Shown in pieces: positions 1-9,258 of a stretch of DNA of 64,000 bases (position 1 is the stretch's first letter; each line of letters starts with the position of its first letter). Source of the DNA: a virus; the IMG/VR virus record IMGVR_UViG_3300017963_000029, positions 18,688 through 82,687 of that record. One strand, 5' to 3'. The translations under genes and the position numbers were made by a program. Under the pieces are notes generated by a model that was not told the DNA's origin, did not search any database, and saw nothing but the letters and a program-made list of their open reading frames with translations.

Positions 1-245
1 CCGCACAGCTGTACGCCAGGCGACGAGGCCGGCGCGCGTACATCTGCTCGGACTTCGGCGCGAAGTGCAAAGGGCGCAACCCCAAGTACTGGGTGCCCGT
101 CGTCTACGTGAACCCGGGTGGCCTGGCCATGCGTTACCCGGACGACCCCGTTGGCACCACCACCGTCAACCCGGTAGGTCCGGGACAGTTCAAGGAGTTA
201 GTGGCCCAAAGCCGAGGAGCATCCCTTCTCGGTCAAGGAGCCTGA
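1..245 (+). CDS. partial hypothetical protein (5' end outside window)
   Basis: Open frame from base 3 (AQLYARRRGRRAYICSDFGAKC...ASLLGQGA) to TGA at 243-245, GC3-rich codons. Confidence 0.6.
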   Translation, partial: AQLYARRRGRRAYICSDFGAKCKGRNPKYWVPVVYVNPGGLAMRYPDDPVGTTTVNPVGPGQFKELVAQSRGASLLGQGA

Positions 246-278
246 GCAGCACCCATTTTTCCCCTGTAGGAGAAAGAC

Positions 279-704
279 ATGCCCGAAACCAACGCAAAAT
301 ATCTCTGTCCGATCGGCAGGGACCGGATCGTCTCGTTCGTGAGCAACAACGGCGCCCCCGTTCCGGAAATCATGGAACAGACGTACTACAACGAGGCCCA
401 GAACAGCGGCGGTGCCCGGAAGGGCAACCGCAAGATCTCCGCTCTGGTCGAGATCTACGAGGAGATCCCGCGCCAGACCGACGACACCATCCTGAAGATG
501 ACGGTCAAGGTTCCCGCCGGTATCATCTCTCCGCACGTTCAGAGATTCGCGGCCAGCACCCCGCGGCTCTACTACTACCCGCAGGTGATCCTGTCGCCGT
601 ACAGCCTGGACTTCCATCCCCAAGGAGTATGGGGAGAGGTTGAAGTAGGATCCGAAGATCCCGACGAACAACGGTCGAGGTTTGGCTTCACCAGCTCCTG
701 GTGA
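279..704 (+). CDS. putative virion protein (C-terminus may extend to 766 by frameshift)
   Basis: Strong RBS AGGAGAAAGAC-ATG; beta-rich; heads the structural-like cluster. Confidence 0.55.
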   Translation: MPETNAKYLCPIGRDRIVSFVSNNGAPVPEIMEQTYYNEAQNSGGARKGNRKISALVEIYEEIPRQTDDTILKMTVKVPAGIISPHVQRFAASTPRLYYYPQVILSPYSLDFHPQGVWGEVEVGSEDPDEQRSRFGFTSSW

Positions 705-789
705 AAATCGCAGAACCCCTGCGCTACCTCATCCAGGTTGATTGGTCGCACAGCGTCATCAACTAACCCCGCGCTCTCGAGAATAGAGT

Positions 790-1140
790 GTGGCCGCTAT
801 CAACATCGTCTGTCTTCTCGGGCGTATCTCAAGCCCGGACGCGGGCGTTTCTGTCGACACGTCGGGGGCCCAGCGGAACTCCACCCGCTGGATCTTCGAC
901 GTGTCGCACGATACCGCGACCACCTCCTTCCGTTTACAACTACGAGACTCTCTCACCGGAGAGGTCAAGGACTACATGATCTCCTCCGTCACATTCACTC
1001 CCTTCAACATGGAGGCCGCCGGCGCGAAGTTAAGGGTGCCCATTATCGAGTCCCCCACGTTGACCATCGAGCTAGATCCACAACTGGGCCTGGCCAGGTA
1101 CAGGGTCACGGTGGATACCGTACATACCCTGGAGAGATGA
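790..1140 (+). CDS. putative beta-rich virion protein
   Basis: 116 aa ORF, alternating hydrophobic pattern, structural cluster context. Confidence 0.5.
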   Translation: MAAINIVCLLGRISSPDAGVSVDTSGAQRNSTRWIFDVSHDTATTSFRLQLRDSLTGEVKDYMISSVTFTPFNMEAAGAKLRVPIIESPTLTIELDPQLGLARYRVTVDTVHTLER

Positions 1141-1147
1141 GGAGCCT

Positions 1148-1495
1148 ATGCCGTTGAAACCCGGAGACCTTTGGTATTACCGCACGAAACAACCGGTGAT
1201 AGCCAATATCGCTTACCCGAAGCCGGTCAAGGTACACCTGATCTCCTTCAACCACCTGAACCTCATATCCGAACAGTACATCATGTTGTTCGACAGGGAT
1301 AAGATACCAAACGACGGAGCTTTCCCTCTCGTGGAGTTCACCGCGCCGCCCCAGCGCATGGTCAGCTACACACCTGCTTTTGGTGGAAGGAAATTCAATA
1401 ACGGGCTCGTGGTTGCCCTGTCCGCGACCCCCATCACGTTACAGAAAGTAACGGTTCCGGAGATCACCTACCAGATCGAAGGCGTCATCGCATGA
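1148..1495 (+). CDS. putative single beta-sandwich virion protein
   Basis: YIMLFD..IP.DGA.P and F.NGLVVALS patterns seen in small phage structural proteins; RBS GAGGAG. Confidence 0.55.
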   Translation: MPLKPGDLWYYRTKQPVIANIAYPKPVKVHLISFNHLNLISEQYIMLFDRDKIPNDGAFPLVEFTAPPQRMVSYTPAFGGRKFNNGLVVALSATPITLQKVTVPEITYQIEGVIA

Positions 1496-2028
1496 ACGGC
1501 GTTTACGCACAGGCCGGTGTTTTTGTTTCCGAGGGTAGCTCAGGCCCAGGCACCACCGTCACCAACGTCGACCCGACCGTCAACGACGACGCCACCCAAG
1601 GGTACATCCAGGGGTGGCACTGGATAAACGAAGCCGCAGGCCCTCCTCGCGTCTTCATTCTCGTTGACAATACTCCGGGTGCGGCCAACTGGGACCAGGT
1701 AAACGCTCCTTCCGGAACCGGCATCACCTATGGCGAGCAATACACCTACAGCGATACCACCAACAAAGTAGTCGGACCTCTCAACAACGACCCGGTCCCC
1801 GTCGGAGGCCTCAGTCTCTTTCCGGAAGAAGGCCTCCCTCAGATGTACACCAAAGACTATACCGTGCGTGAAGTGGCGGGAGGTTCCGCGCCCGGTTATT
1901 ACATTTGTGTTTCCCCCACGAGCAGTGCTCCAGGAGGAGGTGCGTTCGTAGGAGGAGCCAACCCATCGGGAGGAATAGACACAATCCTTTCCAGTGGAGA
2001 TGAGGTGCGTGTGATTTACCCGGCGTAG
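1492..2028 (+). CDS. putative fibre/spike protein
   Basis: DPTVNDD..QGY..G..WIN and VDNTPGAANW fibre-type motif; Gly/Thr-rich; ATGA overlap. Confidence 0.55.
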   Translation: MNGVYAQAGVFVSEGSSGPGTTVTNVDPTVNDDATQGYIQGWHWINEAAGPPRVFILVDNTPGAANWDQVNAPSGTGITYGEQYTYSDTTNKVVGPLNNDPVPVGGLSLFPEEGLPQMYTKDYTVREVAGGSAPGYYICVSPTSSAPGGGAFVGGANPSGGIDTILSSGDEVRVIYPA

Positions 2029-2047
2029 CCGGTAACAGGAGAAAGAC

Positions 2048-2659
2048 ATGTCAAAACAGGACGCGAAGTGGATTAAGAAGGATGACGTAACCCTCGAAGG
2101 CGACGGCGCAGGCAGTAGCGGAAACCTCCGCGTCAAGGATGACGGCATCGACGAGAACAAGATCAACTCGTCGTCGCTTCTCACCAACGGCGGTCTGAAC
2201 GGAGGCAGCGGTACCAAGCTGTCCCTGGACATCACTGACCTAACTGATGGTTCCGCAGTTGCCGACGATGACCAACTCGCCATCTACGACCAGGACGCCG
2301 GGGGCCACCGCCGCGTCACCAGAGCAGAACTTCTGGCCGGTGCCGCGACCGAACAGAAGATTCAGGAGATGATCACCATCGCTGCCGGGGATATTACCGC
2401 CGGATACTTCAGCCTGGCCAACGACCCGGTGAACAAGGGCTGCGTCAGCGTTACCCCGGTCGGAGGCCCCCAGCAGGTAAACTACGACTCGGTCGGTGGC
2501 ACCGGAGCCACGCCCGACTTCGACCTGGACGACTTCGCCACCACCCCCAAACGGGTGAAGATCAACTCGGACGGAACCGACGGTTCCCCCAACCTTCAAC
2601 CCGCCGCCAACATGGATTGGACTGCGGGTGACGTCGTCATCGTCGAATACGAAATCTAG
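2048..2659 (+). CDS. putative fibre/decoration protein
   Basis: LRVKDDGI..KI, GGLNGGSG and DQLAIYD..AGGHRRVT fibre repeats; RBS AGGAGAAAGAC. Confidence 0.6.
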   Translation: MSKQDAKWIKKDDVTLEGDGAGSSGNLRVKDDGIDENKINSSSLLTNGGLNGGSGTKLSLDITDLTDGSAVADDDQLAIYDQDAGGHRRVTRAELLAGAATEQKIQEMITIAAGDITAGYFSLANDPVNKGCVSVTPVGGPQQVNYDSVGGTGATPDFDLDDFATTPKRVKINSDGTDGSPNLQPAANMDWTAGDVVIVEYEI

Positions 2660-2665
2660 TGACGA

Positions 2666-3229
2666 GTGTCGAAAAATTCCCCGAGATGGCTTGGCCCGTT
2701 CACCGACGTTCCTCAGAAAGTAACGCCGGTAGCGGGCGACCTCGTCCTCATTGGGGACAGCGCGGCAAGTGGTGCAAGGAAATACGCAGAGCTATCTCGT
2801 CTTTCTTTGGCTCGAAGCGGAGGCGCTCTCTACATCTCCGCACCCGCGGCCACCCTTTCAGTGGACGCAACTCCGGTGAAAGCCTCCGGAACCACCACCT
2901 CCTTACGTGCCGACAACTTCACCCACACCAACGGAAGGCTTACCTATACCGGCGCGGTACAGAAATTCTTTCAGGCGACCGCAGCGATATCCACAAAATC
3001 CTCCGTAGGTAACGTCGTCCTAAGCATGTACTTCGCAAAAAACGGAGTCGCAGTAGCCGCAAGCGAAATAACTCGAAAAATAGGAACCGCAAACGACGTA
3101 GGAGCAGCCCCTCTCATTCTCCCCATTACCCTCACCCAAAACGATTACATCGAGGTGTTCGTCTCAGTTACCGGCGCAACCCCTGACATAACCCTGGACA
3201 AAATGCTCCTTAACCTTATCGAAGAATAA
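2666..3229 (+). CDS. putative fibre protein with C1q/BclA-like beta head
   Basis: N-terminal QK.TP..GD.VLI.DSAAS module; C-terminal FAKNG...LTQNDYIEVFV. Confidence 0.55.
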   Translation: MSKNSPRWLGPFTDVPQKVTPVAGDLVLIGDSAASGARKYAELSRLSLARSGGALYISAPAATLSVDATPVKASGTTTSLRADNFTHTNGRLTYTGAVQKFFQATAAISTKSSVGNVVLSMYFAKNGVAVAASEITRKIGTANDVGAAPLILPITLTQNDYIEVFVSVTGATPDITLDKMLLNLIEE

Positions 3230-3765
3230 TGAAATTAACTCCTGATTGGCTAGACCAGTTCAACACAGGAGGAGTTGCCCAAAAAGCAACCCCGGCCTCC
3301 GGTGATCGTGTACTCATAGACGACAGTGCTGCTTCGTTCGCGAAGAAGTACACGTTCCTGAGCAACCTACTCGGCAACACTGGAGTTGAATTTGGTTTCG
3401 GAGCGTCCATGGGAAGCGGGGATGTTGGTAAATACTTCCAACCCCATGGAGATGCCAACGGTGGTAAGTTCAGCTCCCTCGACTCTGAAAGCCAACTGGT
3501 CTCCCCCGTCAGTGGCACCATCGAGGCTCTTGCCTGGATAGCTGAAAACAGCCCCATCACCAACGCTGTACTCAAGGTTTGGAAAAACGGCCTAGTGGTA
3601 AAAACCATCACGGTCTCCGGAAGCGGCCCACCCAGCAGCGGAGCCAGCACAGGTCTGAACGTGGCGGTGGCTGTCGGTGATCTGCTCGCCGTTGAATACG
3701 ACGCTGTAGGTTCCGGAGGTGACATGAAAAAAACCGCCATCGAGCTTTTCATTAGGGGCGTTTGA
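3229..3765 (+). CDS. putative fibre protein sharing N-terminal module with the upstream gene
   Basis: QKATPASGDRVLIDDSAAS; C-terminal VWKNG...VAVGDLLAV beta domain. Confidence 0.55.
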   Translation: MKLTPDWLDQFNTGGVAQKATPASGDRVLIDDSAASFAKKYTFLSNLLGNTGVEFGFGASMGSGDVGKYFQPHGDANGGKFSSLDSESQLVSPVSGTIEALAWIAENSPITNAVLKVWKNGLVVKTITVSGSGPPSSGASTGLNVAVAVGDLLAVEYDAVGSGGDMKKTAIELFIRGV

Positions 3766-4988
3766 TGATTGTAGCCATCATACCTCAAGGAACCGGAAAG
3801 ATTCGCGTTGAGGAGTTCCGCGAAGCTGTAGATGAAGCTACAGCAGTCGCCGCCTTCTGTGCTGAATATACGCCTCCGAAAACCCCCGCGGATTACCTGG
3901 GCTACAACACCGGTTGGGTTTCTTATCAATCGCCCGGTAAAAAGAAATTCTGGGCCTATGACTTTTCCTCCCCTGGTCTAGTGGAAGTGGCTTCGCCTTT
4001 ATTCAAAACTACGGGGGATGTCCAAACAGAACCTTACCGCAAACCCCAAGACCTTTTGATTTACTACGGTTATCCTAACTCGTTCAATAGTGCGACTTGC
4101 GGCTGGAACAACGAAAAGGTCGCCCAGGAAATGAGTAAGTACGAGATCGTGGTCTTCGGCAACGGCGTGGCCGACCCCACACACCCCGACTACGCCAACA
4201 CGCTCATCATCATCCCGCGACTTAAAGAGCTCCGACCCAACATCAAACTCTTCGGATACGTCGCCGCCACCGAGGCCATCGCTGACTTTAAAACCAAAGT
4301 AGACCAATGGTTTGACCTGGCAGTATACGGTATTTTTGTCGATTCAGCTGGTTACGACTACGGCACGCCGGCCACCAACGGTCGAGACGCTTTCAACGAG
4401 CGTATCGACTACATCCACAACAAGGCCTACTGCAACGTGGTCTTCGCCAACGCCTGGAACAGCGACCACATCCTGGGTACAGCCGACGACCCCTCTTACC
4501 CCAACTCCACCTGGAATCCCTCATTACACGAATCGCACCTAGGCGGGTACGACTACGTTCTACTTGAATCCTTCCCTATAAATACCACCGTCTGGACTCC
4601 AGGATACGAAGATAAAGACGAATGGCACGCTCGCGGTGAAAAATTAATGGCCCACCGAGAAACCTACGGCGTCAATCTGGCCGGCGTGGGTATCATCGAC
4701 AACAGTAACCCCTCCGGACAAGATCTATTCGACTTTGGTTTCATCTCGGCACTGGCCTGGAACCTGAACGCCTTCGGTACCAGCGACACCTCTTACGCTT
4801 CCGGGTCTGCCCAGGTGAACTGGTGGACCCGGCCCGACGTGACCGGCTTAGGATGCAGCTGGTGTACCGATCCCTCAGTACAAGAAGACGTAAATGACGC
4901 AGACGTCTTCTGGCGTTTTGTTGAGCACGGGAAGTTCATGCTCGATTTTTCAACCGGAGCACAAACAAGCTCCGTAACCAAATGGTAA
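3765..4988 (+). CDS. TIM-barrel glycoside hydrolase / polysaccharide depolymerase (GH114/spherulin-like)
   Basis: LIYYGYP, YEIVVFG, KLFGYV, GIFVDSAGYDYG, FANAWN, LLESF motifs; last gene of the fibre cluster. Confidence 0.55.
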   Translation: MIVAIIPQGTGKIRVEEFREAVDEATAVAAFCAEYTPPKTPADYLGYNTGWVSYQSPGKKKFWAYDFSSPGLVEVASPLFKTTGDVQTEPYRKPQDLLIYYGYPNSFNSATCGWNNEKVAQEMSKYEIVVFGNGVADPTHPDYANTLIIIPRLKELRPNIKLFGYVAATEAIADFKTKVDQWFDLAVYGIFVDSAGYDYGTPATNGRDAFNERIDYIHNKAYCNVVFANAWNSDHILGTADDPSYPNSTWNPSLHESHLGGYDYVLLESFPINTTVWTPGYEDKDEWHARGEKLMAHRETYGVNLAGVGIIDNSNPSGQDLFDFGFISALAWNLNAFGTSDTSYASGSAQVNWWTRPDVTGLGCSWCTDPSVQEDVNDADVFWRFVEHGKFMLDFSTGAQTSSVTKW

Positions 4989-4991
4989 GCC

Positions 4992-5573
4992 ATGCCCGCC
5001 GCCTGGTCCGCAAAAGACGAACGCCAGTACGAGCACATCCTCGAGAGCTGCCGTACCGGTCGAAAAAAGAGGTCGCTGAATACCTGCAAGCGCATCGCCG
5101 CCTCCACCGTGAACAAGCAACGTCGGATCGAGAGGCGCACTCTCTCAGAGCTTCAGGCTCCCCTGCTGAATGAAGCCTGCGAGATGACCTACAACTGGGA
5201 TTACCTCGAAGGCAAAGAACTCAAAGAAGCCAAAAAGCTCGCCAACGAAGGATTAGTATATCCAGAAGAAAAAGCAAAATACCTGATACTCACTTCAAAA
5301 GGTAAGAAGAAAATAGGCGCAAAAAAGTGTCTATGGACTTTGAAGGGGAGGAACCCCGATTTCGCAGGTCTTCCCGGATTTCTCTTCGGTGCCGGTGCCG
5401 GCACTCTCATGACCGCCGGCTACGTAGGACACCCCGCCATTATGCGGGCCGACCTTACCGAAAAAGAAGTTATCGACCTGACCTATGATCGAGCCTCCAA
5501 AGGTGTGATGGCCGCTCTGGCTCTTCTGGGGGCAAGCGTTGCCATCAAACTGCTCTCAAAGGTGAACGTATGA
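4992..5573 (+). CDS. ChaB-like N-terminal domain protein with C-terminal hydrophobic segments
   Basis: MPAAWSAKDERQYEHI...IAASTVNKQR; terminal VMAALALLGASVAIKLL. Confidence 0.5.
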   Translation: MPAAWSAKDERQYEHILESCRTGRKKRSLNTCKRIAASTVNKQRRIERRTLSELQAPLLNEACEMTYNWDYLEGKELKEAKKLANEGLVYPEEKAKYLILTSKGKKKIGAKKCLWTLKGRNPDFAGLPGFLFGAGAGTLMTAGYVGHPAIMRADLTEKEVIDLTYDRASKGVMAALALLGASVAIKLLSKVNV

Positions 5574-6022
5574 GCCTCGAGCTACTCACCCCTCAGAAAA
5601 CAATGGACCGGGCGCGGAAGCTCTACCGGGCCTTCGGTAAGCTGGGAGGCGCCGTTCAACATCACCCCAAGCTGTACAAGATGTTCTACCCGCGGTACCG
5701 AGCCTACAACGATTACTATCTGGACCTGAAAAACAACCGCATCGCCCAGGTGTTCGAGTTCACCGCCATCGATGGATGGGTGAAGGAGTTCGCCTTTCTC
5801 CGCAGAAAAGCCGAGGTAGAAGGCGCGGACGTGTCGCGCGTCCCTTTCATCAAGCCCGGTGGTATTATTGCTGACGTACTACCCGACGTACCGGTTCTCC
5901 CGGACATTCCGGACATTCCCACATCCGAAGAAATTGGTGAAGAGATGTCGGGGGTCGTTCTTCTGGGCGTAGCTGCTCTGGTGGCCGGGGGACTCATCCT
6001 CTATTTCACTACTCGCAAATGA
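5570..6022 (+). CDS. C-terminally membrane-anchored protein
   Basis: LPDVPVLPDIPDIP linker, then VVLLGVAALVAGGLILYF-TTRK. Confidence 0.6.
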   Translation: MSLELLTPQKTMDRARKLYRAFGKLGGAVQHHPKLYKMFYPRYRAYNDYYLDLKNNRIAQVFEFTAIDGWVKEFAFLRRKAEVEGADVSRVPFIKPGGIIADVLPDVPVLPDIPDIPTSEEIGEEMSGVVLLGVAALVAGGLILYFTTRK

Positions 6023-6417
6023 CCTGGCATGCTGCAGTGGCCGTTACACAACGGCCTGATGGTCGGGTGCTGGGGTTGACCCGCGGCACCAACCTCAACA
6101 ACATCAACTTCCCGGGGGGCATGCGGGAACGCTACGACGGCTCCCCGGGGATGACCGTGCGCCGGGAGTTCAAGGAAGAGACCGGGCTCACCATCAAGAA
6201 GATGAAACCGCTGGGGGTCTTCCGGGACGGCAGGAAAGTGGTCCACGCCTTCCAGGTGCTGAAATGGGATGGCGAGCTCAAACCGAGCCCCGAAGGGCGT
6301 CCTGTCTGGGTATTACCTTCCAGATTGACATCCCCTTCGAGCACCTTCCGCTGGCAGAACGCCGCCCTGCTGCGAAAAGTGGGACCGGTGGTAAGCTATC
6401 GGTCAAAGAAACGATAA
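6019..6417 (+). CDS. NUDIX hydrolase
   Basis: Nudix box FPGGMRERYDGSPGMTVRREFKEETGL. Confidence 0.85.
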   Translation: MTWHAAVAVTQRPDGRVLGLTRGTNLNNINFPGGMRERYDGSPGMTVRREFKEETGLTIKKMKPLGVFRDGRKVVHAFQVLKWDGELKPSPEGRPVWVLPSRLTSPSSTFRWQNAALLRKVGPVVSYRSKKR

Positions 6418-6431
6418 CCGAAGAGGTTACG

Positions 6432-6815
6432 ATGAAAGTCAGAGACATACTGAACCACCTGCTGCCCGGTGTAGTTGATTTCGACGATTACGAAGACGTG
6501 GACTACCACCTGGCGGAGCAGTTCAAGCTTCTCGGCGCACCTCAAATGACCGGAGGCGCAGATTGGTCCGCAGACTCGGTCTGGAAACTTCACCCCCGCG
6601 TGCAGCGTCTCCTGGGTCTAAAACCCCGTAACCCCAAAATCGACGTCTTTCTGATCTGGTCCGAAGGTGAACCGGACGAGACTCTCATCTTCCTCGCAGG
6701 CCTCGCGGACTACAAGCTGGGCGGTTACCGCACCAAATACATCCGGGACTTCACGGTGGAAGATCTTCGCAAGCTCGAGCGCGAAGGGTTGTTACGACGA
6801 TCCAGCAAACGTTGA
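6432..6815 (+). CDS. hypothetical protein
   Basis: AAGAGG RBS before ATG 6432. Confidence 0.55.
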   Translation: MKVRDILNHLLPGVVDFDDYEDVDYHLAEQFKLLGAPQMTGGADWSADSVWKLHPRVQRLLGLKPRNPKIDVFLIWSEGEPDETLIFLAGLADYKLGGYRTKYIRDFTVEDLRKLEREGLLRRSSKR

Positions 6816-6822
6816 ATACAAG

Positions 6823-7221
6823 ATGCTAGGCCAGTACATACGAGGATGTCCCTCTTCCGTGCGTCGACTTGTATTTGCTGTACGCAGAGCATTATCCGAG
6901 GAGCTTCGGCGCCCGAAATATCGGGGACACCCTGTTCGATCCGCCGGCCACTGCTACGTGGCCTCCGAGGCGCTCTACCACCTGCTGGGGGGTAAGAAGG
7001 CCGGATGGGTGCCTCGCCGTGTTCAACACGCCGGCGATACCCACTGGTACCTGGTCCATTCCTCCGGGTGTACGGTCGACGCGACCAGCGACCAGTTCTG
7101 TACCCCGGTCCCGCGCCATCTTGCTCGCGGTGCTGGCTTCCTGACAAAACGTCCTTCAAGAAGGGCACAGATCATCATGCAAAGAGTACGTAACCGTGGA
7201 CGCCGATCGCATCACGCATAA
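6823..7221 (+). CDS. papain/transglutaminase-like (YunG-like) protein
   Basis: Candidate triad GHCYVASEALYH ... THWYL ... VDATSDQF. Confidence 0.5.
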   Translation: MLGQYIRGCPSSVRRLVFAVRRALSEELRRPKYRGHPVRSAGHCYVASEALYHLLGGKKAGWVPRRVQHAGDTHWYLVHSSGCTVDATSDQFCTPVPRHLARGAGFLTKRPSRRAQIIMQRVRNRGRRSHHA

Positions 7222-7621
7222 CCTGTATCTCGGAGGCGCCCCAAAGTCCTGCGGGCCGTTCGACACGGTGGTCCTCGCTGCCGAGGAGCTCCAGGACATC
7301 CCTCTGAACTGCCAGGTGATCCACGCTCCTCTGGACGACGCCGTCCCCACCCCGGACGAGGTGAAGACGGCCATCTACACCGCGCGAGCCGTGCGTCTCC
7401 TCCGCCGGCGCGGGCAGAAGGTGCTGGTCACCTGCGCCCAGGGAATCAACCGGTCGGCTCTGATCGTGGCCCTGTCGCTGATGATGGACGGCGCCTCCGC
7501 CAGCGAAGCTATCCACAAGATACGCTCCCGGCGCCGGGGGACAATGATGCCTCCGCTTTCCAACCGGGCTTTCGTGAAAACGCTCAAGAGATATGAGAAG
7601 ATGAGGAGACGCCATGCCTGA
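7196..7621 (+). CDS. dual-specificity/tyrosine phosphatase
   Basis: NLYLGG, APLDD, CX5R loop VTCAQGINRSA. Confidence 0.85.
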   Translation: MDADRITHNLYLGGAPKSCGPFDTVVLAAEELQDIPLNCQVIHAPLDDAVPTPDEVKTAIYTARAVRLLRRRGQKVLVTCAQGINRSALIVALSLMMDGASASEAIHKIRSRRRGTMMPPLSNRAFVKTLKRYEKMRRRHA

Positions 7622-8516
7622 ATTCAAACAAGGAGACATCGTTCGCCACACCGGGAAGTTCCTGCGGTCGATCGGTATGTATGCCGGCGCCCCCATCAAC
7701 GGCCAGGTGGTGGGTTTCAAGAAGATGGCAGGGCGCCCCTGGCCCGTGGTCGAATGGAGCGACGAGGACTGGGGCACCAAGATGATCAACCCGGCGAACA
7801 TCGAACTGGACCCCAGGTACGCTCGACAGAAAGGACGACCGGCTCCTCCGGTACACTTCGACGACATCGCCCCTCCGACGATAATGTACTCCGCGCCCGA
7901 CGGTCTCGGAGATGAAGACTCCCGGTGGTTCAAGGTCCATTGGGTCGCCGGATCCTATGCTGGCGTGCGTGAGGTCCAGGCTGAAGACGGAGAAGAAGCA
8001 AAAGCCAAGGTACGCGCCTGGGTCCGTAAGCAGATGGCGATCCCCCAGTACTACGAGTCGTACCGGGTCGAGGAGCTCGACGGACTTGAGAACGTGGAGC
8101 GAAACTACACCGTCTCGGTCCTGGGTGTCGAAGGAACGTACCGGCGCCCCCACCTGACTCTGGAAGAAGCAAAAAAGTACGTGCAACAACTGAAGACCCG
8201 GTTGTCTCCCGCCTGGCAGGATAAGATCCGCGTCTACTACCGGGACGGCTCCGAGGTATCTCTCGATGGACTCGGGGGTCACCGCTACAAGCGCCCGCCT
8301 CGCGTCGGTACCCGCGTCCGCTTCACCCCCAACCCGGCGAGCCTGCAGCTGTACTCCAACCCTCCTGCCGAAGGAGAAGAAGGCGAGGTTACCACCATCG
8401 CCGGCCCCCGCGGCCAGATGTCCTTCATGCGCGGCCCGGGTGGAGGCCTCGTCTACGTGGACTGGGACGACCACGGACCGATGGGTGTGAGCCTGTACGA
8501 CATCGAAAGGGCCTGA
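7614..8516 (+). CDS. four-module protein with DGL linkers (candidate polyprotein)
   Basis: DGL at aa 96, 156 and 218; terminal modules SH3-like. Confidence 0.65.
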   Translation: MPEFKQGDIVRHTGKFLRSIGMYAGAPINGQVVGFKKMAGRPWPVVEWSDEDWGTKMINPANIELDPRYARQKGRPAPPVHFDDIAPPTIMYSAPDGLGDEDSRWFKVHWVAGSYAGVREVQAEDGEEAKAKVRAWVRKQMAIPQYYESYRVEELDGLENVERNYTVSVLGVEGTYRRPHLTLEEAKKYVQQLKTRLSPAWQDKIRVYYRDGSEVSLDGLGGHRYKRPPRVGTRVRFTPNPASLQLYSNPPAEGEEGEVTTIAGPRGQMSFMRGPGGGLVYVDWDDHGPMGVSLYDIERA

Positions 8517-8518
8517 CC

Positions 8519-8872
8519 ATGAGGCGCGTCGGATTCACAATCGAAAAAGAGACCTACGAAGAACAACGAGAAGCCGGTCGCTACAACCCCGGCCTGGTCG
8601 TTCTCTTCAGAGATCGAACAGGAAACCACCGCGTCCACATCGGAGCCGGCTACTCCGACGACGTCGAGGTCTACCGAGAAGGCGAAGAGACCTTCATCCT
8701 GAGCAAGAACTGGCGACTCGGCTACGTGGGGTTGGAGATCTACCGGGGTTCCCGGCACATCGGGGAGATGTTCCTGCAGAACAGCCAGGACATCGACGAG
8801 ATACTCGGCCCCCAGGGCCTGGACCTCGCGGACTACAACATCATCAAACGCATGGCGCAGTACATCGACTGA
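8519..8872 (+). CDS. hypothetical protein
   Basis: Tightly packed ORF, phage codon usage. Confidence 0.6.
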   Translation: MRRVGFTIEKETYEEQREAGRYNPGLVVLFRDRTGNHRVHIGAGYSDDVEVYREGEETFILSKNWRLGYVGLEIYRGSRHIGEMFLQNSQDIDEILGPQGLDLADYNIIKRMAQYID

Positions 8873-9258
8873 TGCCCTTCCTCCCCTCCAAGAAATGGAT
8901 CAAGACACGCGCCGCGTGGCGTGGGGCGGTGTTGGCTCAGATCCGGGAGTGGGCCGAAGACCGGGGCGACCTCTACGACAAGGCCACGCACAACGTGGCT
9001 GTGCGCCGCCTGGAGCGGTTGGAGATGCTCGAACGCGTCCTGCGTCCGAAGGAGCACTTCAAGCTGGGTTGGCCATATGATCCTGCCGACGCGGCGGCGA
9101 TGATCGTGTTGCCCCGGCGGAAAGCTAGAAAGTTGGCGCACTCCTTCTTCGGGGAGCAAGTATACGAAAACGGAAAACCCGTAGACGTCGACTACGATGT
9201 CGCGGACGCGTGGTTGAAGAAGTTCAACCTCGACTGGTTCGATCCGGGGGAGTACTGA
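8872..9258 (+). CDS. hypothetical protein
   Basis: TGATG coupling on both sides. Confidence 0.6.
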   Translation: MPFLPSKKWIKTRAAWRGAVLAQIREWAEDRGDLYDKATHNVAVRRLERLEMLERVLRPKEHFKLGWPYDPADAAAMIVLPRRKARKLAHSFFGEQVYENGKPVDVDYDVADAWLKKFNLDWFDPGEY

